Shown: positions 18,016-27,424 of the stretch, piece by piece
Layout: the number at the start of each line of letters is the position of its first letter
How positions within the stretch are numbered: position 1 is the stretch's first letter
Assembly: GCA_049968255.1 (NCBI GenBank)
Contig: JBMFRB010000001.1
Coordinates: 160,001-224,000 of the forward strand
Direction: 5' to 3'
Source: Candidatus Sumerlaeaceae bacterium
GTDB lineage: Bacteria > Sumerlaeota > Sumerlaeia > Sumerlaeales > Sumerlaeaceae
DNA length: 64,000 nt
The notes under the pieces: generated by a model
Databases searched by the model: none
Told to the model about the DNA's origin: nothing
Seen by the model: only the letters and a program-made list of their open reading frames with translations
Translations under genes and position numbers: made by a program

Positions 18016-18699
18016 AGGCGGTGCCGCCTCGACGTCACAAATCCGTCCGTCGGTGATGCGAACCACACGGCAAGGCAGCGCGTTAGCAAGTTCATACTGA
18101 TGCGTAACGACAAGTTGAGCCTGCCCCTGGCGAGCTAACTCGCCCATGAGTTTCCAAATTTCACGGGCTCGATCCACATCCAGCGATGAGGTCGGCTCAT
18201 CGTAAAGCAAATAAGCAGGCTCCATAGCAAGGGCCCGCGCAATAGCCACGCGCTGCTGCTCGCCACCAGAAAGTTTGCCCGGCCGCATATGGGCTTTTGT
18301 GGCAAGCCCAAGCTGCTCTAGGAGTGCCATGGCGCGTCTTTCTGCTTGTTCACGGGGTATCTTGCGCACATGGAGGGGAGCTAGCGTGAGATTCTGCATA
18401 ACAGTCAGATGCGGGAAGAGGTGGAATTGCTGAAAAAGTAGGCCGCAACGAAGGCGTATTTCATGAAAACGCTGCTCCCGCTCGATTGGCGGCAAATCGG
18501 CGGACACAACAATGCCGTCCACCTCGATTTCGCCAGCATCGAACCGTTCGAAACCGACGATACATCGCAGGAGGGTGGATTTGCCGCTTCCAGAAGGACC
18601 GAGCAGCACCACGGTCTCGCCCCGTACCACCTCAAGAGAGACTCCGTGAAGCACGCCATGAGCGCCGAACAACTTAGTGATGTTGCGCACCGAAATCAT
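17989..18699 (-). CDS. Polar amino acid ABC transporter ATPase (GlnQ family)
   Basis: GPSGSGKS, FQQFHLFPH, LSGGEQQRVAIARAL, DEPTS. Confidence 0.93.
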   Translation of the reverse strand: MISVRNITKLFGAHGVLHGVSLEVVRGETVVLLGPSGSGKSTLLRCIVGFERFDAGEIEVDGIVVSADLPPIEREQRFHEIRLRCGLLFQQFHLFPHLTVMQNLTLAPLHVRKIPREQAERRAMALLEQLGLATKAHMRPGKLSGGEQQRVAIARALAMEPAYLLYDEPTSSLDVDRAREIWKLMGELARQGQAQLVVTHQYELANALPCRVVRITDGRICDVEAAPPLFERAQGY

Positions 18700-19483
18700 G
18701 GTGAGGATGAACCTTCTTTTCTAAACGTCGCGCAAGAAGTGAAAGCGGATACGCCAAAGCGAAATAAATAAGGGCTGTCAAAATGGCAAACTCTACATAG
18801 CGGCCTGTAGCCATCGAGGCCGAACGGAACGTCATTGTGAGCTCGGCTATGGCCAGAATTGAAACGATGGACGTATCCTTGAAAAGCGCCACAAAATCGT
18901 TGGTCACAGGCGGAATAATGAGGCGGAGGGCCTGAGGAAGCACGATGTAACGCACTGCCTGACGTTGGGAGAGTCCCAGTGCCAGCGCAGCTTCGATTTG
19001 TTGACGTGGGACGGCCATGAACCCACTGCGATAGATCTCGGCTTCGTAAGCTGCGTAATTGAGCCCAACGCCCAGCACAGCCGCAGTAAACGGATCGAGT
19101 TCTACGCCGACAACAGGTAGCTGGGGTAGGCCATAATAGATGAAGAAAAGCTGGATGAGCAGTGGAGTTCCCCGCATGAATTCCACGTAGCCCACCACGC
19201 AGGCCGAAATCCAACGTGGACCGTAAATGCGGAGCAGGGCAAGGAGGAGCCCAAGACCCGTGGCAAGTGCCATCGAAAGCACACTGATGGCCACAGTGAG
19301 CCCCGTGCCCTTCACAAAAAGTGGTAGAAAACGCATCAAAAGTTTGCTGGTGGGCACACCGAGGGCTTGGGCAGCCTCAGCAGAGAAAACGGGACACGGC
19401 AAAGCCAGCTCAGCAAGACCAAGAGCACATATCGCAATAATGTGAGGGCGGGATTGGCACGGACGCGCGTCTCGACTTCTCAC
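18674..19483 (-). CDS. Polar amino acid ABC transporter permease (HisM/GlnP family)
   Basis: YVEFMRGTPLLIQL, EAALALG, LFKDTS. GTG start overlaps the stop of the binding-protein gene. Confidence 0.92.
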   Translation of the reverse strand: MRSRDARPCQSRPHIIAICALGLAELALPCPVFSAEAAQALGVPTSKLLMRFLPLFVKGTGLTVAISVLSMALATGLGLLLALLRIYGPRWISACVVGYVEFMRGTPLLIQLFFIYYGLPQLPVVGVELDPFTAAVLGVGLNYAAYEAEIYRSGFMAVPRQQIEAALALGLSQRQAVRYIVLPQALRLIIPPVTNDFVALFKDTSIVSILAIAELTMTFRSASMATGRYVEFAILTALIYFALAYPLSLLARRLEKKVHPHHDFGAQHH

Positions 19484-20343
19484 TCGTCGCGGCTCACCCT
19501 CTTGCCCAGAGATGTTTGCGCATCGTTCCAAAGCTCCCATTTTTCCAGGATGCGGCGAAGTGTGCCGTCGCGGATCATCTCGTCAAGCACCCGCTGAAGT
19601 GCGTCACGCAATTTGGGGGACTTCTTATTCACGGCGATTCCATAATAACCTTCGCCAAAAGGTGGTCCGGCGAAGTGGAGCTTGGGATTTGGCTTCGCGT
19701 AATAAAGAGCGATGGGTAGATCGAGCAGCACGCCATCAATACGCCCAATGGCCAAATCGTCATAGGGCCGCACATTGTCATCGTAGCTGACAACCACGAT
19801 ACCCGGCGTGGCCTGCAAAATTCGCTCTGCAGCGGTATTATTGAGTGTTCCTACTTTTTTGCCAACAAGGTCGTGGAGCGACGAAGTTTTTGTGTCATCC
19901 GCACGCACAACTAACTGCTGAAGATACACATAGTAGGGGCCCACAAAATCCACGACCTGCTTGCGCTCGGGGGTCATTTCAATTCCCGACATGGCAAAAT
20001 CAAAATCACCGCGTTGAAGAGCCGGGATCAGGACAGCCCAGTCCGTTTGCACAAACTCAATCTTCAGGCCCATGCGACGACCGAGTTCTTCCGCGATGTC
20101 CACCTCGAAACCGATTCGTTGCGAGGGATTATTCGGATCTCGAAATTCATACGGTGCGCCGCCGGCCTCATCGCTTCCCCAGCGCAGTACGCCGGAAGCC
20201 TGAATCTCGTCAAGATCCAACACCTTTGCTTTGTGGCCGCAGGAGGCCAAGCAAACCGAAAGCACGATGAGTATGCTCCCAAGAGCCCAGCGCACTTGTT
20301 TCATAGTTATCATCAAAGGCGCTTCCCGAAGGGCCATTGTCAA
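19480..20343 (-). CDS. Polar amino acid ABC transporter substrate-binding lipoprotein (SBP family 3)
   Basis: Lipobox LASC; GGAPY, GFEVDIA, LIPALQRGDFD, ILEKW. True start may be ATG 20304. Confidence 0.92.
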   Translation of the reverse strand: MTMALREAPLMITMKQVRWALGSILIVLSVCLASCGHKAKVLDLDEIQASGVLRWGSDEAGGAPYEFRDPNNPSQRIGFEVDIAEELGRRMGLKIEFVQTDWAVLIPALQRGDFDFAMSGIEMTPERKQVVDFVGPYYVYLQQLVVRADDTKTSSLHDLVGKKVGTLNNTAAERILQATPGIVVVSYDDNVRPYDDLAIGRIDGVLLDLPIALYYAKPNPKLHFAGPPFGEGYYGIAVNKKSPKLRDALQRVLDEMIRDGTLRRILEKWELWNDAQTSLGKRVSRDE

Positions 20344-20380
20344 AAACTATCTGTTTTTCTGTGCTCCAGGAGCAGCCTGC

Positions 20381-23300
20381 TTAAGAGGTCCGTGCCAGTG
20401 CCTGCCGATCTTCTTTGTGCGAATAAAGGACCCAGTAGACTACGGGAACTACCACGAGCGTAAAGGCCGTTGAAACAAAAAGCCCAAAGATCAACGACCA
20501 GGCTAGTCCGCTGAAGATGGGGTCAAGGGTGATGGGCCACGCGCCTAACATTGCAGCACCCGCCGTGAGGAAAATTGGGCGAATGCGGACCGCCACGCTG
20601 TCCACAATGGCACGCCACAAGGGATCGCCCGCATGCGTGCGCAGGTGGATAAAGTCGATAAGGATAATCGAATTGCGCACGACAATTCCCGAGAGAGCAA
20701 TCATACCGATCATCGCTGTAGCCGTGAAGAACACAGGGTTTTGGAATCCCCCGACGGGCCGCGCCGTTATGAGATTCAGTAGCCAGAAGCCAGGCATGAT
20801 TCCGATCACTGTTAAGGGAATTGATAACATGATAACAATGGGCAGGAGATAAGACCCTGTGTCGTAGACGAGGAGAATGTAAATACCGAAGAGTGCTGCA
20901 GCGAAAGCCAAGCCAAGGTCACGGAACACATCCACGGTGATTTTCCATTCTCCTTCCCCAGTCCAAACAACGTGTGTGCCTTCGCGCGTGGGCTTGTGAC
21001 GGATATCGGATTGTGTTTCGAGGATTACCTCGCCTGGCGCTCGTCCCGCTGTTTCGGCAAAAACATACACCACGCGGTTGAGGTTTTTGTGGTAGATTGA
21101 CTGATCCTCGGTAACCGGCTTGAACTTTCCGATTTCGCCGAGCTGGACGAGGTTACCTTTCATTCCGCGCACGTAAACTGATGCGAGACGTTCCACGGAA
21201 CTTCGGTCAGCGCGCGACAGGCGCAGTGTAATATAGAGCGGGTTGACCTCGTAAGGTGAGTGAAGAATGTCGGGACGTGCGCCGTTGATGAATGTTGCCA
21301 AGGTGCTGGCAATCTCTGCCACACCAACTCCGCTAAGGGCAGCTTTTTCACGATCTACCTCGAAGACGTATTTGGGCTGCACGGCCTCGATTGTGGAGTC
21401 TGGTTCGACGACGGCTTCTTTGCTTGCTAGCCGCTGCCGGACGTCTTCAGCTGCCTCTTGGATCGCCGAATAAGGGAGATTGGGCTCGCCGTAGACCTCG
21501 GCCGTAATTGTTGCAGTGACTGGCGGCCCTGGGGGAACTTCGACGAGCTTAGCGATGGCACCATTGGCTCGCGCGATTTCTTCGATGCGTCGGCGCAAGC
21601 GCAACAGGATGGCGTGGCTTTGCATCTCACGTTTTTTCTTGGGAGCAAAGTTGACACGGATGTCCGCATAGTGCGGCGCTGTGCGGAAGTAGTATTGACG
21701 GATGAGCCCGTTGAAGTCCACGGGCGAGGGTTCGCCTACATACGTGGTGACGTTGACAACCTCGGGGACGGTGGAAAGATAGCGAGCGATCGCATCAGCC
21801 GCAGCAGCCGTGCGCTCGAGCGGCGTTCCCTCCGGCATGTCAATCACCACCTGAAACTCGTTCTTATTGTCAAAGGGAAGCATCTTGAGCGGTACGCGTT
21901 TTGTAAGCACAAGAAGCCCGCTGAAGACCATAAGTAGGAGAATCACGAAAAGCAAGAACCAGCGCAGCAGGGGGTGGCGAAGGAAGGGAACTAGCCCCGC
22001 GTGAGCTATCCGCCGCATGACGGCAATCAAGCGGTCTGCCTCTTCACCCGCGTGAGCCCCTCCGTGCCCACCATGAACTTCGCCTTCACTGTCGACGTGG
22101 CCTTTTAAAATGTGGTAACTCATCCAGGGGGTCACTGTAAGGGCTACCACCAGTGACATAAGCATGGCCAGCGGGACATTGACGGCCATAGGGCGCATAT
22201 AGGGACCCATCATTCCGGTGATGAAGAACATCGGCAGGAAAGACACGATCACCGCAAAGGTGGCAAGGATCACGGGGGGACGCACCTCGTTGACAGCCTC
22301 TAGGACTGCATCGAGCGGTGGCTTCAAACGCATCTTGAGGTGCCGGTAGATATTTTCCACATCCACAATTGGATCGTCCACAATGAGCCCGAGAGCAAGG
22401 ATGAGGGCGAAAAGGGTGACGCGGTTGATTGTATAGCCGAAAAGATAGTTGATAAGAAGCGTGAGGGAATAGACGATCGGTATGGCCACGGCAACAATGA
22501 AGGCTTCGCGCCAGCCGAGTGTGAGAGCCAAAAGGGCCACGACGGTGACTATTGCAAGGAGAAGTCCGTCCACTAGCTCATTCACCTTGTCGTTGGCAGT
22601 TTCGCCGTAGTCGCGGGTGATGACCACGTTGACGTTTTGCGGAATGACTGTGCCGCGCATTTCCTCGACAGCTCGCTCGACAGCACGTGCGACCCACACG
22701 GCATTTGTTCCTTTTTTCTTCGCCACAGCGAGCGTGACCGCAGGGAAATCACCCGCACACACAACCGACTGACTAGTGGGTGCGTCGAAAATAGCGCGGC
22801 GTTCCCCGCTGATTCGGCTGAAGTGGGCCGCAGGGCCGAAACGTATACGGCAATATGAGCGTGGTTCGTCGGGACCGTCGGAAATCATTGCGACGTCGGA
22901 GAGATAAACAGGACGGTTGTCCACAACTCCAACGACAAGATGCTGAAGCTCTCGGATGTCGCGGAGGAACTCCCCTGCTGTGACCAAGTATTGCTGGTTA
23001 TCGTGCGCGAACGATCCTGCCTGCAAACTGGCGTTCATCGCCCTCAACGCACGCTGGATGTCGGAAACGGCCAGATTGTAGGCCGCCATTTTGCCGGGAT
23101 CGAGCTGAACAAGGGCCGTACGTGGCTGTCCACCCACGATGTAGGTGCGACCTGTATTAGGCACAGCCTGGACGCGCGATTCCACCTCTTCGGCGATGCG
23201 GCGCAGCGCGTATTCGTCGAGTTGGCAACTTGCAAAGGTGAGATTGATAATTGGGACATCGTCCACTTCGACGGGTTTCACAACCCAGCCGGCAACGATC

Positions 23301-23689
23301 GGCGGCACGAGGTCTTGATTGGAATAGACCTTGTTGTAGAGCTTTATGAGACTGCGTTCTCGGTCCTCTCCAACGTAGAAGCGCGCCGTCACGACGGCCA
23401 GGCCAGGCTTGGAAACCGAATAGACGTATTCGACGCCGTCCACCTGATAGAGAAGTTTTTCCAGTCGGGTGGCCACCTGCTTTTCAACTTCTTCAACGGA
23501 AGCACCTGGCACCTGCACGATCACATCAGCCACAGGCACGACGATTTGCGGCTCCTCTTCGCGCGGTGTAACGAGCAGAGCAATTACCCCCACGGCCAGA
23601 GAGAGGATAATCAGAAGGATCGAAAGGTTGCCGCGGAGGAAAACGGAAACGATTCGCTGTGTGAGGGGAACCGAACTCTGCTTCTCCAT
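20381..23689 (-). CDS. RND efflux transporter permease (AcrB/CusA superfamily)
   Basis: PREEEPQI, GLIVDDPIV, GIVVRNSIIL, RIRPIFLT; 12-TM RND layout. Confidence 0.95.
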   Translation of the reverse strand: MEKQSSVPLTQRIVSVFLRGNLSILLIILSLAVGVIALLVTPREEEPQIVVPVADVIVQVPGASVEEVEKQVATRLEKLLYQVDGVEYVYSVSKPGLAVVTARFYVGEDRERSLIKLYNKVYSNQDLVPPIVAGWVVKPVEVDDVPIINLTFASCQLDEYALRRIAEEVESRVQAVPNTGRTYIVGGQPRTALVQLDPGKMAAYNLAVSDIQRALRAMNASLQAGSFAHDNQQYLVTAGEFLRDIRELQHLVVGVVDNRPVYLSDVAMISDGPDEPRSYCRIRFGPAAHFSRISGERRAIFDAPTSQSVVCAGDFPAVTLAVAKKKGTNAVWVARAVERAVEEMRGTVIPQNVNVVITRDYGETANDKVNELVDGLLLAIVTVVALLALTLGWREAFIVAVAIPIVYSLTLLINYLFGYTINRVTLFALILALGLIVDDPIVDVENIYRHLKMRLKPPLDAVLEAVNEVRPPVILATFAVIVSFLPMFFITGMMGPYMRPMAVNVPLAMLMSLVVALTVTPWMSYHILKGHVDSEGEVHGGHGGAHAGEEADRLIAVMRRIAHAGLVPFLRHPLLRWFLLFVILLLMVFSGLLVLTKRVPLKMLPFDNKNEFQVVIDMPEGTPLERTAAAADAIARYLSTVPEVVNVTTYVGEPSPVDFNGLIRQYYFRTAPHYADIRVNFAPKKKREMQSHAILLRLRRRIEEIARANGAIAKLVEVPPGPPVTATITAEVYGEPNLPYSAIQEAAEDVRQRLASKEAVVEPDSTIEAVQPKYVFEVDREKAALSGVGVAEIASTLATFINGARPDILHSPYEVNPLYITLRLSRADRSSVERLASVYVRGMKGNLVQLGEIGKFKPVTEDQSIYHKNLNRVVYVFAETAGRAPGEVILETQSDIRHKPTREGTHVVWTGEGEWKITVDVFRDLGLAFAAALFGIYILLVYDTGSYLLPIVIMLSIPLTVIGIMPGFWLLNLITARPVGGFQNPVFFTATAMIGMIALSGIVVRNSIILIDFIHLRTHAGDPLWRAIVDSVAVRIRPIFLTAGAAMLGAWPITLDPIFSGLAWSLIFGLFVSTAFTLVVVPVVYWVLYSHKEDRQALARTS

Positions 23690-24759
23690 TAGTGGCGCAC
23701 TCCAGCTGACGTTTTCTCAGGTACTAAAACGGGCTCGTTTTCGGCAATGCCGCTGAGGATTTCGACTTTCGCGCCGAAGCGTCGCCCAGTTTGCACGAAA
23801 CGTCGCTCCGGACCATGCGATGTGGGAGTGAGCACATATTCAAGTTGCCCCACACGCTCGACAGCGTCGGCCGGCACGACGAGGACATCCTCTTCTCCTG
23901 TGGGAATGAGAACGCGGCCAAACATGCCAGTGTAGAGATCGGTGGCATTTGGAACAAGCACTTTCACTAGGACGGACCGACTTGCAATGTCGGCCTGGGG
24001 GACAATTTCGTCCACAATTCCTGTTGTACCCCGCTCTTCCGTCCCAAGTCTCACCGTGAGAACGTCGCCAACCTTGATAAAGCGCACGAGAGCTTCACGC
24101 ACGGGGGCTTCGAGTCGCACCAAAGAGGGATCGTAGAGCTGAAGAATGGGTCGCCCTGGCATGGCAAGATCCCCGGCATTTTGCAATTTGTCTGTTACAA
24201 TTCCTGACACCGGCGAATGGATTTCAGCGTAAGAAAGGGCAACCTTCGCCTGTTCGAGAGCGCGACGGGCCTGGCCGACCGTGGCCGAAGTGACCTCCAC
24301 GCGCAGGCGGGAATTGTCCGCTTCCTGGGGCGAGATCACGCCGCGTTGGAGAAGTTCCATGTTGCGCTGATGGTCGGTGAGCGCCTGGCGATAGTTGGCT
24401 TCAGCGGCCTTGAGTGCTTGTTCGGCCTGGCCAACATTGGCTTCGAGATCGCGTCTGTCGAGGCGCACAAGAAGATCGCCTTGCTTGACGCGATCACCGG
24501 CATTCACGCGAATCTCTTCGATCACTGCCTGAATGCGTGGTGTCACATCCACCTTGTGGCGAGACTGGATAGTGCCGACGGCTTCTTCCATCATGGGGAC
24601 TTTGATTTTCACTGCTCGGTCGACATTGCCTGGGAGCTCGGGTGTTCTCGGAAGCGGCGGTGTCTCGGCCGCAATCTTTGATTCAAAACCGCCGGTTTGC
24701 CATGTAATGAGAAGGGCAATGACGGCAATGGAAGCAAGGGCTGCAAGTATGCGTTTCAT
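23689..24759 (-). CDS. RND periplasmic adaptor (membrane fusion protein)
   Basis: VNAGDRVKQGDLLVRLD lipoyl half, helical hairpin, IHSPVSG, GMFGRV, VPADAV. Confidence 0.93.
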   Translation of the reverse strand: MKRILAALASIAVIALLITWQTGGFESKIAAETPPLPRTPELPGNVDRAVKIKVPMMEEAVGTIQSRHKVDVTPRIQAVIEEIRVNAGDRVKQGDLLVRLDRRDLEANVGQAEQALKAAEANYRQALTDHQRNMELLQRGVISPQEADNSRLRVEVTSATVGQARRALEQAKVALSYAEIHSPVSGIVTDKLQNAGDLAMPGRPILQLYDPSLVRLEAPVREALVRFIKVGDVLTVRLGTEERGTTGIVDEIVPQADIASRSVLVKVLVPNATDLYTGMFGRVLIPTGEEDVLVVPADAVERVGQLEYVLTPTSHGPERRFVQTGRRFGAKVEILSGIAENEPVLVPEKTSAGVRH

Positions 24760-24859
24760 AGAAGCACTCTCTTGTGCAGTCGTGTGCATGAAGTAGACGA
24801 CTACTTTTTGTACCACTAACAGCCTTTTTCTTCTTCGCATTCATCGCGCTGGAGGGCAC

Positions 24860-24890
24860 AAAAAATCGGGCGGAAAAATTTTTCCGCCCG
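24860..24890 (-). terminator. Intrinsic terminator downstream of 24949..25491
   Basis: Perfect 24-nt palindrome CGGGCGGAAAAATTTTTCCGCCCG (24867-24890) followed by ATTTTTT on the minus strand. Confidence 0.8.
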
Positions 24891-24948
24891 TTGCGACTGC
24901 TTTTACGGAATTGTTGTGTCCGTGTGTACTACGGTAGCTTCGCGGGAA

Positions 24949-25491
24949 TTAGTCCCACGGATTGGGACCGAGGTCATCGCCCTGCAGGTCAATCATGAGG
25001 AAGCCGACGATGAAGTCAGCAGCCTCAGCGACCGACACTGCAGCCTGGGCGCCAACCACGCCAACATGAACGTCCGCACCGATTTCGGTGGGATCACGCT
25101 GCAGGCATCCGTTGACGAACCCGAGGAAGGCTACGCCAGCTTCGTCAATGTTCTCCTCGTAAATCGGGAGAATACGACCCTTCATACCAAAGCGGGTCGA
25201 CTCGTAATTGCCGAGGCCAACCTCAGCAAGCTCGGTCAGGCGTACGTTGATGCCATAGCCCACACCCACGCCGACGCTCAGGCGGAAGATATCGACAAAG
25301 TCGAGAACACGGTTCGGCACATAATAGAGAATCATGTGCAGAACGTCGCCCTTCTGCGAAGCAGGCTTCTGGACCGCAGGGGCGCAGGGCTTTGCCGGCA
25401 TCTCACCACCGGCCATCGAAGGCAGCGGGCACAGAGACAGAGCAGCCGCAGCAGCTACCGACGCGAACAGTTTCGCTGTCGTCGAAAACAT
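24949..25491 (-). CDS. Secreted conserved hypothetical protein with amphipathic beta-hairpins
   Basis: Signal peptide, strong RBS (GAGGAAAGGAGA), YVPNRVLDFVDIF...EAADFIVGFLMIDLQGDD, own terminator. Confidence 0.75.
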   Translation of the reverse strand: MFSTTAKLFASVAAAAALSLCPLPSMAGGEMPAKPCAPAVQKPASQKGDVLHMILYYVPNRVLDFVDIFRLSVGVGVGYGINVRLTELAEVGLGNYESTRFGMKGRILPIYEENIDEAGVAFLGFVNGCLQRDPTEIGADVHVGVVGAQAAVSVAEAADFIVGFLMIDLQGDDLGPNPWD

Positions 25492-25698
25492 ACCACAATC
25501 TCCTTTCCTCTTTTAGATTCGTTTTGCGAATCTACTCGACCATAAATTACAACAGGGGGGTCCACTTCAACAAAAAAAACATGGAAAATGTGATTTTTTT
25601 TGAGGGCCGTAACTGTAGGTTGTTTGCGGTAGCCTTTGTGGCACATTTCGCTTGCCACAAGCTGATCTCTTGCGTCTGCAGACCAAAGCAATTTGGCA

Positions 25699-27186
25699 AT
25701 GATCTTCTCGAAACCAGAGCCAGAGTGGCGCCAGCGATTCTCCGCTATGCAAGCGCAGCGCTTGCTTGTGGTGGGTGATCTGATTCTGGATCATTATGTG
25801 TACGGCCGTACGGAACGTACATCGCCAGAAGCGCCCGTGCCGATTGTGGTTTTTGAGCGCGAGCATGCTGTGGCTGGCGGCGGAGCCAATGTGGCACGCA
25901 ATATTGCAGAATTTGGGGCGCAAGCCGTCTGTGCCGGAATAATTGGTTCGGATGCGGCGGGCAAACAATTGCGCCAATTGTTGGAGCATGCGCACATTGA
26001 TTGTTCTGGAGTCATCGAGATTGTGGAGCGTCCGACCACAGTCAAGACACGTATCGTCAGCCAGAATCAGCAAATGCTGCGGTTGGACAAGGAATGCGTT
26101 GCCCCGCTTGAGGCGGTGCACGAGCAGACACTGCTCGAGCGGATTGCAGGCACGCTCTCGCAATGTGCGGCTATTATCCTCTCGGACTACGCGAAAGGCG
26201 TCCTGACTCCGCGGGTCCTGCGCGAAACAATCGCTCTAGCCCGCCAGCACGGAGTTCCCGTTTTCGTTGATCCTAAAGGACGCAATTACTCGCGCTACCG
26301 CGGTGCGTTTGCGATCACCCCGAACGCACGGGAGGCGACTGAAGCTTCCGGGCATGACACCTCCACGGAGCAGGGAATTGCCGCAGCAGCAGAAAAACTG
26401 TGGGAGATGACGCAAAGCAATTGGATCGTCATCACGCGGGGAGCACTGGGCGTGGCACTTTGCGCTCGCGACCAGACGCCGTTGATGATCCCAACGCTGG
26501 CCCGAGAAGTTTTTGACGTTACCGGTGCCGGCGACACCTTTATCGCTTTCCTTGCGCTCGCGGTCGGAGCCGGCTTTGACATGGCAGAAGCATGCGCCCT
26601 GGCAAATGCTGCCGCCGGTGTGGTTGTGGCCAAGGTGGGCGCAGCAACAGTGCGCCCAGAGGAACTTCTGGCGCTTCTCACGCCGAGTTCGGTGAATCGA
26701 AAACTGGTGGCCCAAAGAGATATTGCGGAGCTGGGCGAACGGTTGCGGCACGCAGGGAAACGTGTGGTGTTTACGAACGGGTGTTTTGATTTCTTGCATG
26801 CAGGGCATGTGGCGTTGCTGCACGAGGCAAAACGGCTTGGTGACGTTTTAGTGGTGGCGATCAATACCGATGAAGCTATCACGCGCTTGAAGGGTGCCCC
26901 TCGTCCTATTCTCAAACAGGGAGACCGTGAGCGGCTCCTTTCGGCTATCGAGGCTGTCGATTATATCGTCGTTTTTGAGGAGGACACGCCGCATGAGCTT
27001 CTGCGGGCGCTGAGGCCTGACGTGCTCGTGAAAGGCCGCAATTACGAGCGGCAGCAGGTAGAGGGGCACGAAATCGTCGAGGGCTATGGGGGGCAAGTTG
27101 TGCTGCTCGACACGCTCGAGGCGATCTCGACCCGTGAACTCATCGAGCGCCACCGGGAAGCAGGCCAAAATCCGCCATTTCGCTGA
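25699..27186 (+). CDS. hldE: Bifunctional heptose-7-phosphate kinase / heptose-1-phosphate adenylyltransferase
   Basis: VGDLILD, SPEAPVP, GGGANVA, DVTGAGDT; C-terminal FTNGCFDFLHAGH. Confidence 0.96.
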   Translation: MIFSKPEPEWRQRFSAMQAQRLLVVGDLILDHYVYGRTERTSPEAPVPIVVFEREHAVAGGGANVARNIAEFGAQAVCAGIIGSDAAGKQLRQLLEHAHIDCSGVIEIVERPTTVKTRIVSQNQQMLRLDKECVAPLEAVHEQTLLERIAGTLSQCAAIILSDYAKGVLTPRVLRETIALARQHGVPVFVDPKGRNYSRYRGAFAITPNAREATEASGHDTSTEQGIAAAAEKLWEMTQSNWIVITRGALGVALCARDQTPLMIPTLAREVFDVTGAGDTFIAFLALAVGAGFDMAEACALANAAAGVVVAKVGAATVRPEELLALLTPSSVNRKLVAQRDIAELGERLRHAGKRVVFTNGCFDFLHAGHVALLHEAKRLGDVLVVAINTDEAITRLKGAPRPILKQGDRERLLSAIEAVDYIVVFEEDTPHELLRALRPDVLVKGRNYERQQVEGHEIVEGYGGQVVLLDTLEAISTRELIERHREAGQNPPFR

Positions 27187-27424
27187 GTAGGCCCGATTGC
27201 CCCTCGTGTGCGAGGGACGCGCGCGGCGAGGCCTCGGGAGTGGAAAGGTGGAGCCGTTTTCTCCCGCTGCCAGAGAGCTAAGCCAGCGCATAGGTGCCTT
27301 CGGGCGTCAGCCGATGACCTGCGCTCTGAGCTTCAAAATTCTCGGCCACCAATAAAGCGGCCCGCTGAACCGCCTTTTGACAGCTCAGCGGGCTATCCCC
27401 TCTCTTACGACTGGTGCAGCTGCT

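Noticed and set aside
25514-25660. Short inverted repeats (TAGATTCG/CGAATCTA, TTGTGGCA/TGCCACAA) in the divergent intergenic region
   Set aside because: Could be operators or hairpins, but single short occurrences give no support for a call.
27187-27424. Possible ncRNA or REP element in the hldE-hcp gap
   Set aside because: No tRNA, SRP, tmRNA or 6S hallmarks, and no second copy noticed in the window.
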